NCBI GenBank assembly: GCA_002269645.1
Contig: NIVC01004225.1
Location: 1-54,116 of the forward strand
Length of the DNA: 54,116 bases
Direction: 5' to 3'
Source: Macrostomum lignano
Taxonomy: Eukaryota
Below are positions 41,244 through 52,344 of the stretch, in pieces. Under the pieces are notes generated by a model, which was not told the origin of the DNA, did no database searches, and saw nothing but the letters and a program-made list of their open reading frames with translations. How positions within the stretch are numbered: position 1 is the stretch's first letter; every line of letters starts with the position of its first letter. Made by a program: the position numbers and the translations under genes.

Positions 41244-43882
41244 TCACTCAAATGTGAGTGAATCGTCCTCGGAACTGCTTTCCCGCGTTCGCTTCCGAGG
41301 ACGGTCCGCATCTGCAGTTCGTCTTCCTCCTTGCTGGTCGTTGTTTGCCTGCGCCACTACAGCCGCCGCCGCTGAGGAATCGCGACGCTTTTGACGGCCT
41401 CCCGCTCTGTCGTGCGCGTTTTTCAGGACGGAGATGACTGCTATCTCCACATCGCGCTCGGCAGGCCTCTGACCTCCGTGCATCTTCGAGATGGCAGCTG
41501 AAGCAAAATAAGTGTAGGAATATTGCATCACTTGTACAATGGGCTAGGCGTACGAAAAAGTAAAGATTCCATAATTATGTTGGAAAAATCCTTCCACAGT
41601 GCTTTTGGTCTACTAACAGTAGCTAAAAATTGAACATATAAGTCCTAAAAGAAATCCGAATTTTGTCCTTCCAATGCATGCCCAAAAACAATGGAGCGGA
41701 TTAAGCATAAGATAAAGAGATTACACTCTGCCGACAGCACTAAGCACTGCACTAAGATACGACTCCCCACTGAAGCATGAAAGTTTAATAAAGAGAGCGG
41801 CCGGTGATAATGAAAGCAAGGCGAAGACTTGTGCATAATTTGGTGTACCAACTGACTGATGGCTATGATCCAAAAGAAGAAACATGCTCACCTTGGAAAG
41901 CAGGCAGGGCATTCGGAATGCCAGAAGGGTGTCGGAGAGCTCCAACTGACTCCTCTTCTGGAGATCTCGGCCGCTGTAGTTCACCTGCTGCTGCATCTCG
42001 ACTGTGAGGCATTTGTCCACCATTCGACGGACGGTGTTATATGTGGTGGCCGATTTGCAGGCTAAGAGATATGGCACCTGCATGAAAAGGAGCGATATAG
42101 CAATTGTTTAGAAAAAGATATAAAAAAGTGCCTTCATGTACAGTCAGGTTGAATTAGCATGCTATGTTATTGTAATATTTTTATTTTCTCTATTTGCTTT
42201 GAGTAGAGCAGTCAAATCATACATAACAGCTATACCCACTAGGCTATTCCCACAAAAATACAAACTGATCGAATTGTCAAAAGTCAAGTTTGTCTCCTTA
42301 AACTTAGAAGGTTGAGGCTGACTTGTACAACGAGCTAGACGTGCGAAAAAGTAAAGATTTTATAATTATGTTTGAAAAATCCTTCCACAGTGCTTTTGAT
42401 TTACTAACAGTAGCAAACAGTTGCACATATAAGTCTAAAAGTAATCCGAATTTTGTCCTTCCAATGCATGCTCAGAAACAATGGAGCGGATGAAGCATAA
42501 AATAGAGATTACACTCTGCCGACTGCAGAGTGAGCACTGCACTAAGATACGACTCTGTCAAATCGGTAGCCTTGTCAAATTGTACACTGTTGAGTTGTGA
42601 ATAAGGAGAGGGAACTTCTGTGCTACAAAAATATTGTTCAATCCAGATTGTCCCTTACCCGCGCCATCATCGCCTCAGAAGATGTGACGAAGTTCGCGTA
42701 CTCCCTCCATGACCCTACTGGCACCGGCTCGGTCTCAGCTGCAACGGCTTGCCCACCATGCCCTCCAATCGCAGCCAGGAGATCGCGACGCAGGCGCTGC
42801 ATTTCTGCCCTCATCTGCTGCACTTGTTGCTCCATCTGAGACTTCAGCTCTACTCGGGTGATGTGCAGCTGCCGGAAGATGCTGTTGAGGGCAAAAGTTT
42901 GGCCTTCTAAGAGGGCAAAAGAAGGGCAGTCATGCGCTGTTCTCAATCCGGCCCTTGAGGTAAAAAGTTTGCTGACCCTTGCACTAAAAGCACTAGGCTT
43001 AGGCACATTAGATAAAAACTGAACTGAACTATTATATCAGCTGGTACCCTTCGCTTCCAAGACTCACTAAAGCCAAAGCCGAAAACTGGATGACAATTGC
43101 TTGAAATTCAAAAAGGGCATTTGGAGGATCATGCAAAAAAGTTGGTGGGGGGCTTCAGCACCCCTGTGCCCCCCCCCCCCCGGTTCCGACACCCCTGCGC
43201 AGATAGCAAGCATTTCCTGATAGCAAGCATCTTCTAATAGCAAGCATTTCCTTGTACGGCTCGTAGCAAGCATCTCCTGGTAGCAAGCATCCCCTGATAG
43301 CAAGCATCCCCTGATAGCAAGCATCCCCTGATAGCAAGCATCCCCTGATAGCAAGCATTCCCTGATAGCAAGCATCCCCTGATAGCAAGCATCCCCTGAT
43401 AGCAAGCATCCCCTGATAACAAGCATCCCCTGATAGCAAGCATCCCCTGATAACAAGCATCCCCTGATAGCAAGCATCCCCTGATAGCCAAGCATCCCCT
43501 GATAGCAAGCATTCCCTGATAGCAAGCATCCGCCCAGCCCAGATAGCAAGCATCCCCCCAGCCCCAGCATTACTCCCCCAGATTAACACCACCCACCCTC
43601 AGATTACCAGCACTCCGCCCAGATTAGCACTCTGCCCAGTTAGCACTCTGCCCAGATTAGTACTCCACCCAGTAGCACTCCACCCGGATGCTTGCCTCAG
43701 CTGCCACAATCTCGAATTGAGAAAATTAATATTTTCTCATTTCTCTAAAATAAATAAATTTTATACAAATATCTCCGCATACCTAGTTGTTTACTATGAG
43801 TAGTATGACTGGTTTGCAGATAGTTTGGCCACGGCATGACCAGCGCTTTGCCTTTTGTATGGCCAAGCCGAAGAAGTGCCAT
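41244..43882 (-). CDS. Spliced transposon accessory gene, DUF4806/BEN-like C-terminal domain
   Basis: Probable exons 43882-43783 (tentative), 42906-42659, 42077-~41892 and 41497-41244. It has a coiled-coil (ELKSQMEQQVQQMRAEMQRLRRDL) followed by TVRRMVDKCLTVEMQQQVNYSGR...AISK...DVEIAVISVLKNAHDRAGGRQKRR, matching the recalled DUF4806 pattern. The exon 3 donor phase is unresolved (phase 0 vs a required phase 1). Confidence 0.65.
43200..43560. repeat. 17-bp minisatellite (GATAGCAAGCATCCCCT) in the presumed first intron of the transposon gene
   Basis: About 18 copies, followed by degenerate CCCAGATTAGCACTC repeats to ~43690. Confidence 0.93.
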
Positions 43883-45617
43883 GCATTTGCCGAGGTTGAA
43901 TTATCTTGCATTTTTATGTTAAACGATGTGATTAATGACAAAGCAGATACCTATAATGGTGTTATAATGTCAAATAGGGGCATAGGTAAGTTTTTGTAAT
44001 GGCCACCATAAGGCCAACTGGCCACCATAAGGCCAACTGGCCACCAAGGCCAACTGGCCACCATAAGGCCAACTGGCCATCGAATGGCCACCGGTGGCCC
44101 AAGCCATTTTTTTCCACTGGGTAGTAGAATTTGCCGAATTAGAAGTTAGCCTCCACTGGGGCATTGATTGCGATTTAATATATTTGAGATCCAAGCGTTC
44201 GCTCAAAGAGCAACATGCACTTAAGTATTGTGGATGTACACTAGCTTGATGTAGCTACATTATAAATAGACAAGGGCGCAATGCGAAAGGTAGAGTGGAC
44301 TGCAACTAGTTAGATAGTTAATTAGTTATTTGTTAGTTATAACTACAGTATAAGAAGATAAGTCTGTAAATTATATTATTGAGAATTTATATCAGGATTC
44401 CGGAACCGGATAAAAATCGATCAGGTCAATCGAAGCAAAGAAAAGTTACAAGGCAGATAAACAAATATGAGTAGTTAAATAGGCATCGCAAAAGTATCAA
44501 AAAAGAGCAGCAGGAAAGTTAAATTAAAACTATAAGACATTTATATAGACTTTGGGGTCGGGAAACAACACAAAAAACTCAGGCGCTAGCGAAGGCATTG
44601 CTAGTTTAATCTAAAAAACACGTTAAAAACACGTCTATTTTAATGCAACGAATAGGTGCAATTTTGGGTGCTGGTTCGGTTCTCGAGCTCATCAAGGAAT
44701 ATTATTAAAATTACATTTAATTATAATTTTATAAATATAAAATAACATTTATTAACATTATTCATATATATGTAGATATACAGACATAGATCATATTTCT
44801 TTTGTATTCTAACAACTTATCAATATCGACAGAACTTTTTAGGAAGGAAGTTCCATTTCTGTCTCTCATACCTGATATAGTCTCATTTTAGCACCACAGC
44901 CAATATTTTTCCATAAAACTTGGCCTCCCATTGTCACTAGGGGGCCAGCTACCCTTCTTCCCTACCCCCAGTTGCACCTTGATTTTATATCCGGACTTGA
45001 GCAGAAGACTCATATAGTCTGTGCAGATAAAACATTGCACATTTAGTCGAAGTTTGCAGAAAATATAGACTACTCATTGTTGAGAAGATTGCTCAGGTGA
45101 CAACTATAAGTACTACTCAAGTAGAATGACGGTAAACAACATTTTGTTCAAAAAAGTTTTAGGAGACACCGAAAAAATTACATTACCGTTATTACCTTCT
45201 ATAGAGGCAGACCCAATGTTCATTTTTTGATATGTCTTCACGTCTCATAGCTCTATTGATGATCATTGAACAGAATTATTCTTAGTTAGTTAGTTAGTTA
45301 GTTCATTATTCTTAACTGACTGCGTTAAAAAATGTGAAACAGAATGACAAAATACATTCACATTCGAAAAGCCCTATGAATATCAATAGGGATCGGGAAG
45401 ACATATCGAAAGATAAACAATTGATCATATATCAAATGCAATAACAATATTCGGGGCTAAATACGCTCCTATACGAAAGTTTCCGGTTGCCGCCATAGAA
45501 TTTTGCCTCCCTAACTAAACCTGTCTCCTAAAATTTTCCAAGAAACCTAATAGTTCCCGTCTTTCTACTTGAGTATGTAAACCGGCCGTCATTGGGACAC
45601 TGTAAAGTACATGCAGC

Positions 45618-46649
45618 TCAAGGAAGCAGATTGAAAAAAGCGCGAATCTGCTGCTCGGTCAGTGAGCCGTTGGCGATGGCGATGGCGCTCACCGTGCCCT
45701 TCAGGGTGAAGTTTACCGATGGAGTCTGGTATCTGCCGATCAGAATCGCCGGGCAGAGGAGCTGCGAGTATGAAGCACCGACGTTTCGAGTCACGTTGTA
45801 GTCAAAGGACGAGCCACTGAACAGATTGCTGCTGATAGCGTCGGCGCCAATGCTGACTGCGATGTTCACCCATGAGCTGGAGCTGCTGGTAACAAATTCA
45901 CCAGAGGAGTGCAACAAGACTTTCTGAGCCAGCCTGTTGTTCGTGCCGAAATAAAGTTTGTTGGCAGAATTAAATTCAGCAAAAAATGGACCGATGATAG
46001 AGAAATCCGAACACGAAACCGCTGCTATGAAAGGCTGGACCCTCGGCTCCCTTTTGAGCCTCATCAGCCAAGTAAAGCCGGTAAAAGTATCGATAGAGAC
46101 GAAGCGACTGTCGTTGAGCAGCGCGTACGACGATGTCCCGTCGAAGCGGGCGCCCTCCTCAGTCCACTGCAGATTCGCGCTCTCCAGTCGGTGGCTGCCG
46201 CTGTCGCTCTGGCACACCAGGTTGCTGAACCGGCTGCTCCCACCTGCCAGCCACACGCCCACCAGCTGAGCGTCGAGCGAGGCGTCGCAGCTCGCCAACG
46301 ACAACGCGCGATACACCGAGCACTGCGACTGCTGCACTGCAGCTCCAGCTCCGATCGCGACGGCACCGCTTGCCTGCATCGTGCGACACACCTGCTGGTA
46401 GTGGAAGAGCGAGCACACACCTGTATGCTTGTTCCACTCAAGCACCAGGTCGTCAGGCTCGTTGCTCGCTTTCAACACGCAGGCTTGCAAGCTTTGCGAG
46501 CTCCATCGAGTCAGCGCCGAGGTCTCGTTGAGGCAGTGCGGCATCCGGTACTGGCACCAGCGCCTGCGGCAGCTTGTTGTCGAGTCAGTCCCGATGAAAA
46601 GGCAGAGGAGTAGCTGAATGACTGGAGCGACAATGTTGCTGTTGGCCAT
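45618..46649 (-). CDS. Secreted Cys-rich + ConA/LamG-like lectin protein, copy C (intact, 343 aa)
   Basis: Intact ORF with its own signal peptide (MANSNIVAPVIQLLLCLFIGTDS), the shared constant tract, and a divergent C-terminus ending LKGTVSAIAIANGSLTEQQIRAFFNLLP. Confidence 0.88.
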   Translation of the reverse strand: MANSNIVAPVIQLLLCLFIGTDSTTSCRRRWCQYRMPHCLNETSALTRWSSQSLQACVLKASNEPDDLVLEWNKHTGVCSLFHYQQVCRTMQASGAVAIGAGAAVQQSQCSVYRALSLASCDASLDAQLVGVWLAGGSSRFSNLVCQSDSGSHRLESANLQWTEEGARFDGTSSYALLNDSRFVSIDTFTGFTWLMRLKREPRVQPFIAAVSCSDFSIIGPFFAEFNSANKLYFGTNNRLAQKVLLHSSGEFVTSSSSSWVNIAVSIGADAISSNLFSGSSFDYNVTRNVGASYSQLLCPAILIGRYQTPSVNFTLKGTVSAIAIANGSLTEQQIRAFFNLLP

Positions 46650-47829
46650 CTCATTAACTGCAGCTGTTTCGGCAAATAGTTATTGTATTTTACTCTTCCT
46701 TGTATTCGTTCCGAACTTGGACCTCCAATTGAGTGTCCTTGTTACTCCGCTTGACAGAAATGAGCGGCTGGAGGTTTCGTGCTGGTCTGAAAAAGTTTTG
46801 AGCGCATTTTCGGCTGCTTTTTTCCACGGGTTTTATTTGCTCTGCCTCAGCGTCTGTGGGAAGCAGCTGAAGCAGCCATCCCCCCCCTGTGCCTCCAACA
46901 CCCCCAGAGCCCCTCCGCCAGCTGCCGGCATTCAATGGGGCCAGTTGGATTTTTTGTTTTATTTCTCTCCAACTGAATATCCACCGGCAGTTCTGCTACC
47001 ATCAATTCTGAAAAGCCCATTTGATTTTATTCTATAACGTTAATTATGGAGTAGCTTGTTGAGCTGCCACACGGCAAGAAACTATTTTTAGGCAAATCTT
47101 CATAAACAACTGCGCAGACTTTTACCGGTTAAGGGGTGGCTACTCTTTGGCACCTAATACAGAGCCAGACCATAAGAGAGTCAATGATCAACTCTACCTT
47201 AACCCCAAATGAATCTTTGCAATTAGGATTTTTTCCAAGCCTACTGGACTAACTAATTTCCCCTGCTCAAGGGCGCTGGGGGAGATGAACTTTTCCTTGA
47301 GTAAAAAAGGCTGAAATGAAAAACATCACGTGATTGCAACTAGTCGCTTCATTCTTCTTTGGCGAGGCTTCAAGACGGATGCCATAGTTACTAACAAGTG
47401 CAGGGCAACTGCTGCAACTACAGTAGCTCTTAAGAATCCATTATGTCAGCTGCTAGGAATTCACAGAACAATGGAAACTGGAAGACTTGCCAATTAATAT
47501 TAATTGGAATCTTGACAGGAAATTTTTGTGAAATTGGATTTTTTCGCTAATTACTTCCGCGGTATACTTGAATACCTTTAGTCCGGACAGTACTACTCTG
47601 AAATATATCTGCAGATTGTTTCAAACCTTTTACCAATTTGATTAATAAATATTTGGAGGCTTTTAATAGACTATAACTATTTGAAAGAAGCATTTATTAC
47701 TTGTTTTATGTACAATTCACCAATAAATACCGATAATTAAATGGTTCAATCCAAAGCCCGAAACTAATATCTGGCACAATTATTATGTAGAAGCCGTCCC
47801 AAAAATACATCTAGATAGGGGTGAATGCG

Positions 47830-48685
47830 TGCTAGATCGGGATGGGTGTGCTAGATTGGGATGGGTGTGCTAGACTGGGATGGGTGTGCTAGATTGGGAT
47901 GGGTGTGCTAGATTGGGATGGGTGTGCTAGATTGGGATGGGTGTGCTAGATTGGGATGGGTGTGCTAGATTGGGATGGGTATTCTAGATTGGGATGGGTG
48001 TGCTAGATTGGGATGGGTGTGCTAGATTGGGATGGGTATGCTAGATTGGGATGGGTATTCTAGATTGGGATGGGTATGCTAGATTGGGATGGGTATTCTA
48101 TATTGGAATGGGTGTGCTAGATTGGGATGGGTGTTCTAGATTGGGATGGGTGTGCTAGATTGGGATGGGTGTTCTAGATTGGGATGGGTGTGCTAGATTG
48201 GGATGGGTGTTCTAGATTGGGATGGGTGTGCTAGATTGGGATGGGTGTTCTATATTGGAATGGGTGTGCTAGATTGGGATGGGTGTTCTAGATTGGGATG
48301 GGTGTGCTAGATTGGGATGGGTGTGCTAGATTGGGATGGGTGTGCTAGATTGGGATGGGCGTGCTAGATTGGGATGGGTGTGCTAGATTGGGATGGGTGT
48401 TCTAGATTGGGATGGGTGTGCTAGATTGGGATGGGTGTGCTAGATTGGGATGGGTGTTCTAGATTGGGATGGGTGTGCTAGATTGGGATGGGTGTGCTAG
48501 ATTGGGACAGGTGTGATAGATCGGGACAGGTATGCTAGATCGGGAAAGGTGTGCTAGATTGGGATGGGTGTGCTAGATTGGGACAGGTGTGATAGATCGG
48601 GACAGGTATGCTAGATCGGGAAAGGTGTGCTAGATAGATCGGAATAGGGGTCTGCTAGATTGAGACAGGTGCTAGATCGGGACAT
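47830..48685. repeat. 19-bp minisatellite (GCTAGATTGGGATGGGTGT)
   Basis: About 45 copies. Confidence 0.97.
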
Positions 48686-49089
48686 TCATTTAATGCAAGA
48701 CTGCACTGGTTTTGCAGGCACTTCCCCAATTTTATTTGATAAAAATTCTGGCTGTAAATCTCTCTCAACTTTATTCTTTGCGGTCTCAGGCTTTCACAAT
48801 TTTCACAATATTCACAATTTACTAGTTTAGCGTCTTACCTTGGTTAGCAATGTATTTTGAAGGTGCCACATCTTAGGCATTTTACCTGCACCGGTCTTTG
48901 CGAAACCTGTAAAATGCATATGTTGCGATGGAACTTCAATATGACGCTTTCAGTTAAGTTTTGAAGGAAAACTGCTGCAACAGTCACTGGGTTAGGGCAC
49001 GGACATAAGCAGACAGAGAGCCGCCCGCGTCAGCCAGCACGAAAGGAAACACGAAAACGAAAGGCAGACTATACCCGGTGAAAACGGTA

Positions 49090-50436
49090 CCCAGGCAAGA
49101 AGCGTCCCTGAGTCACTTGCGTCGCCCCAGAGTCGTTGCAGACGCGTTGCAGATGACAGGTCAAATACGAGGTCAAACGTAGAAAACACAGCGTCGCTGT
49201 AGAGCTGGAGTCGATGAGCATGCATTTTCTATTCGAAATGGCGATCCAACAGTCTGTTTGAGGCCGGTAGTACCGACTCTGTAACGCGTCCAGAACGCCT
49301 CAGAAGTGACGCACTAACGATTCTACAGTGAAGCTAAAGCGCTTCTTCTGCGACTTTTATGCAACTGCAGAATGCCGCTGAAACGCCGGAAATGTGACTC
49401 TAATTCATCAAGCCACGCAAATACGCTTCAAACACAACTCAGTGACTCTGATGCGACTCTGGAACGCCTCACATACGACTCTACGGCTCCAGAATCGTTG
49501 TACCGTCGCCCCAGAGTCACTAGAGTCGCCCCAGAGTCACTAGAGTCGCCCTAGAGTCACTAGAGTCGCCCCAGAGTCACTAGAGTCGCCCCAGAGTCAC
49601 TAGAGTTGCCCTAGAATCACTAGAGTCGCCCTAGAATCACTAGAGTCGCCCCAGAATCACTAGAGTCGCCCCAGAATCACTAGAGTCGCCCCAGAGTCAC
49701 TAGAGTCGCCCCAGAGTCACTAGAGTCGCCCCAGAGTCACTAGAGTCGCCCAGAATCACTAGAGTCGCCCCAGAGTCACTAGAGTCGCCCCAGAGTCACT
49801 AGAGTCGCCCCAGAGTCACTAGAGTCGCCCCAGAATCACTAGAGTCGCCCCAGAGTCACTAGAGTCGCCCCAAAGTCACTAGAGTCGCCCCAGAGTCACT
49901 AGAGTCGCCCCAGAATCACTAGAGTCGCCCCAGAGTCACTAGAGTCGCCCCAGAGTCACTAGAGTCGCCCCAGAGTCACTAGAGTCGCCCCAGAATCACT
50001 AGAGTCGCCCCAGAGTCACTAGAGTCGCCCCAAAGTCACTAGAGTCGCCCCAGAGTCACTAGAGTCGCCCCAGAATCACTAGAGTCGCCCCAGAGTCACT
50101 AGAGTCGCCCCAGAGTCACTAGAGTCGCCCCAGAATCACTAGAGTCGCCCCAGAGTCACTAGAGTCGCCCCAAAGTCACTAGAGTCGCCCCAGAGTCACT
50201 AGAGTCGCCCCAGAGTCACTAGAGTCGCCCCAAAGTCACTAGAGTCGCCCCAGAGTCACTAGAGTCGCCCCAGAATCACTAGAGTCGCCCCAGAATTTTT
50301 GGCGACTTGTACCGGGAAATCTCGTCGTTTTAGAGTCGTTTAGAGTCACTTCTTTTCTATTTGACCTGTCATCTGCAACGCGTCTGCAACGACTCTGGGG
50401 CGACGCAAGTGACTCCGGGACGCTTCTTGGCCTGGG
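49090..50436. mobile_element. Foldback/MITE-like TIR element (~1.35 kb) with an internal minisatellite
   Basis: 49082-49167 is the inverted complement of 50358-50444 (~85 bp, few mismatches). The ends read TA|CCCAGG...CCTGGG|TA. No coding capacity was seen. Confidence 0.85.
49510..50293. repeat. 20-bp minisatellite (AGAGTCGCCCCAGAGTCACT)
   Basis: About 39 near-perfect copies. Confidence 0.98.
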
Positions 50437-51302
50437 TACCGTTTGTTGAATGCATGCATGTATTTTAGAAGAAAAGCTTGGAAACTTTGATTTTGACACA
50501 ACTCGTAATGGCAAATTAAAGGGCCTGTCAACTTGAGCTCATAAAGTGTACATAACAGTCCTTAAATTATTTACAGTTCCAAATTTGTCGCTTTTTTGCC
50601 AAACTTAGCTTTCTGGAGTCACGACTGTGAGCAGAATGACGTATCATTTGCATATATCGGTTACTCGATCGGGCTCCATTTTATCAGCTTAAGTCGACAG
50701 GCCCTATCCTCGTTACCGAACAGAGCCCACGAGCTACACAGCTTTCTGTTTAAAAACAGACTCTAAACATAGCGGCAACACTGAAAGACGAAAGACGAGT
50801 CTGATTGGGTGTGAGTGCGAGTGGCTGGATGGATCTTAAAGCCAGAATTTGAGAATGATGATGTCGAGTCTTCACGTCAGCTATTCTCTTTGGTAATAAG
50901 ACATGCCGGGATCCAAGAATGAATCAATTATTTGGTAAAAAGTAAGTATGGCTTTTGCAAACAATGCAAACGCCAAAAAACTGACACTCATCGACTATGT
51001 AAAAAGGGCTTATCGCTTGCAATGAGTGCCCAGCAGAATCCACAACCCAACAAGTCAAATAGCCAGTTTCCTTGTAATACATGTCTATTTGAAGTATTTG
51101 AGCTTGTTCAACGACAGCTGTGCAAAGCAGGCCTGCAAACACTCTTAGCTATATCAATCATTCGAGTGTCTTTCTTATTTAAGGAAACCCTCCAGCATTC
51201 TCAACGGCTCTTCTGCTATTCTGCAACTGCGGCCTTAGCTTCAGCTATCGGTTCTGTTGTCGAAAATTCTGACTGTCCATCAGTTTTAAAATTCGCACCT
51301 AA

Positions 51303-52344
51303 ATGAGAACAAAAGATATCTTTGCTTTCCTGATGGTGCTTTTATTGGCAGTGGGAAAGGGCACGTCTAAAAGCAGCTGCGGCAGGCGCTGGTGCCAGTA
51401 CCGGATGCCGCACTGCCTCAACGAGACCTCGGCGCTGACTCGATGGAGCTCGCAAAGCCTGCAAGCCTGCGTGTTGAAAGCGAGCAGCGAGCCTGACGAC
51501 CTGGTGCTTGAGTGGAACAAGCAGACAGGTGTGTGCTCGCTCTTCCACTACCAGCAGGTGTGTCGCACGATGCAGGCAAGCGGTGCCGTCGCGATCGGAG
51601 CTGGAGCTGCAGTGCAGCAGTCGCAGTGCTCGGTGTATCGTGCGTTGTCGTTGGCGAGCTGCGACGCCTCGCTCGACGCTCAGCTGGTGGGCGTGTGGCT
51701 GGCAGGATGGAGCAGCCGGTTCAGCAACCTGGTGTGCCAGAACGACAGCGGCGGCGGCGGCGGCCACCGACTAGAGAGCGCGAACCTGCAGTGGACTGAG
51801 GAGGCGCCAGCTTCGACGGGACATCGTCGTACGCGCTGCTCAACGACAGTCGCTTCGTCTCGAGCGACCCGTCGGCCAGCTTCACGTGGCTGATGAGGCT
51901 CAGGAGGGAGCCGAAGGTCCAGCCATTCTTAGAAGCCGTTTCCTGCTCAGACATGAGCTCCTTCGGACCTCATCTTTGGGAACATAATTCCGCAAATAGA
52001 CTGTACTTCAACAAAGCGGTCCCTCCTCAGACAGCAGAAACTTTTTATTCTACTCCCAAACTATAAATCTGCTGCCAGCGAGCAGTAAAGCGTGGATCAA
52101 CATTGGAGTCTCCGTGAAATTTGGCGAAGTATCTTCATCAGCACTTTTTTATGACGGCAGCTTTGTAGAGGCCGGTGGAATTCGCAGCGTTGCAAATACT
52201 TTTCATTCCTGCCTTGTCCTGTCGGTGGGCCGCCGGTTCTCCGGAAGCGGCTCGACTCTGCGAGGCACCGTGAGAGCTGTGGGGCTGGCCAACGCCTCAA
52301 TGACGGAAAAGCAGATTGTCGAGTTCTTTCGCCAGTTGCCATGA
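51303..52344 (+). CDS. Secreted Cys-rich + ConA/LamG-like lectin protein, copy D (two apparent frameshifts)
   Basis: It has its own signal peptide (MRTKDIFAFLMVLLLAVGKG) and the constant tract. There is a 1-nt loss near 51805 (GAGGCGCC vs GAGGGCGCC) and another near 52058. The C-terminus ends LSVGRRFSGSGSTLRGTVRAVGLANASMTEKQIVEFFRQLP*. It may be a pseudogene or a consensus error. Confidence 0.78.

Larger units (their letters stand above)
39071..44121. mobile_element. ~5.05-kb TIR DNA transposon (CACTA/EnSpm-CMC-like by inference), apparently non-autonomous
   Basis: The left end CCCAGTGGAAAAAAAGGGCTCGGGCCACCGG (39071-39101) is the inverted match of the right end CCGGTGGCCCAAGCCATTTTTTTCCACTGGG (44091-44121). 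TA flanks both sides. Subterminal repeats are GGCTCGGGCC/GGCTCGAC on the left and GGCCACCATAAGGCCAACT x~4 on the right (43997-44078). Confidence 0.8.

Noticed and set aside
43070-43197. CAGGGG-type MITE end (similar end at ~29594)
   Set aside because: Only one terminus was found in each case, with no partner TIR or TSD.
50924-51300. Minus-strand ECLQACF segment as a possible degenerate PAN domain
   Set aside because: It is interrupted by several stops and too short to support.
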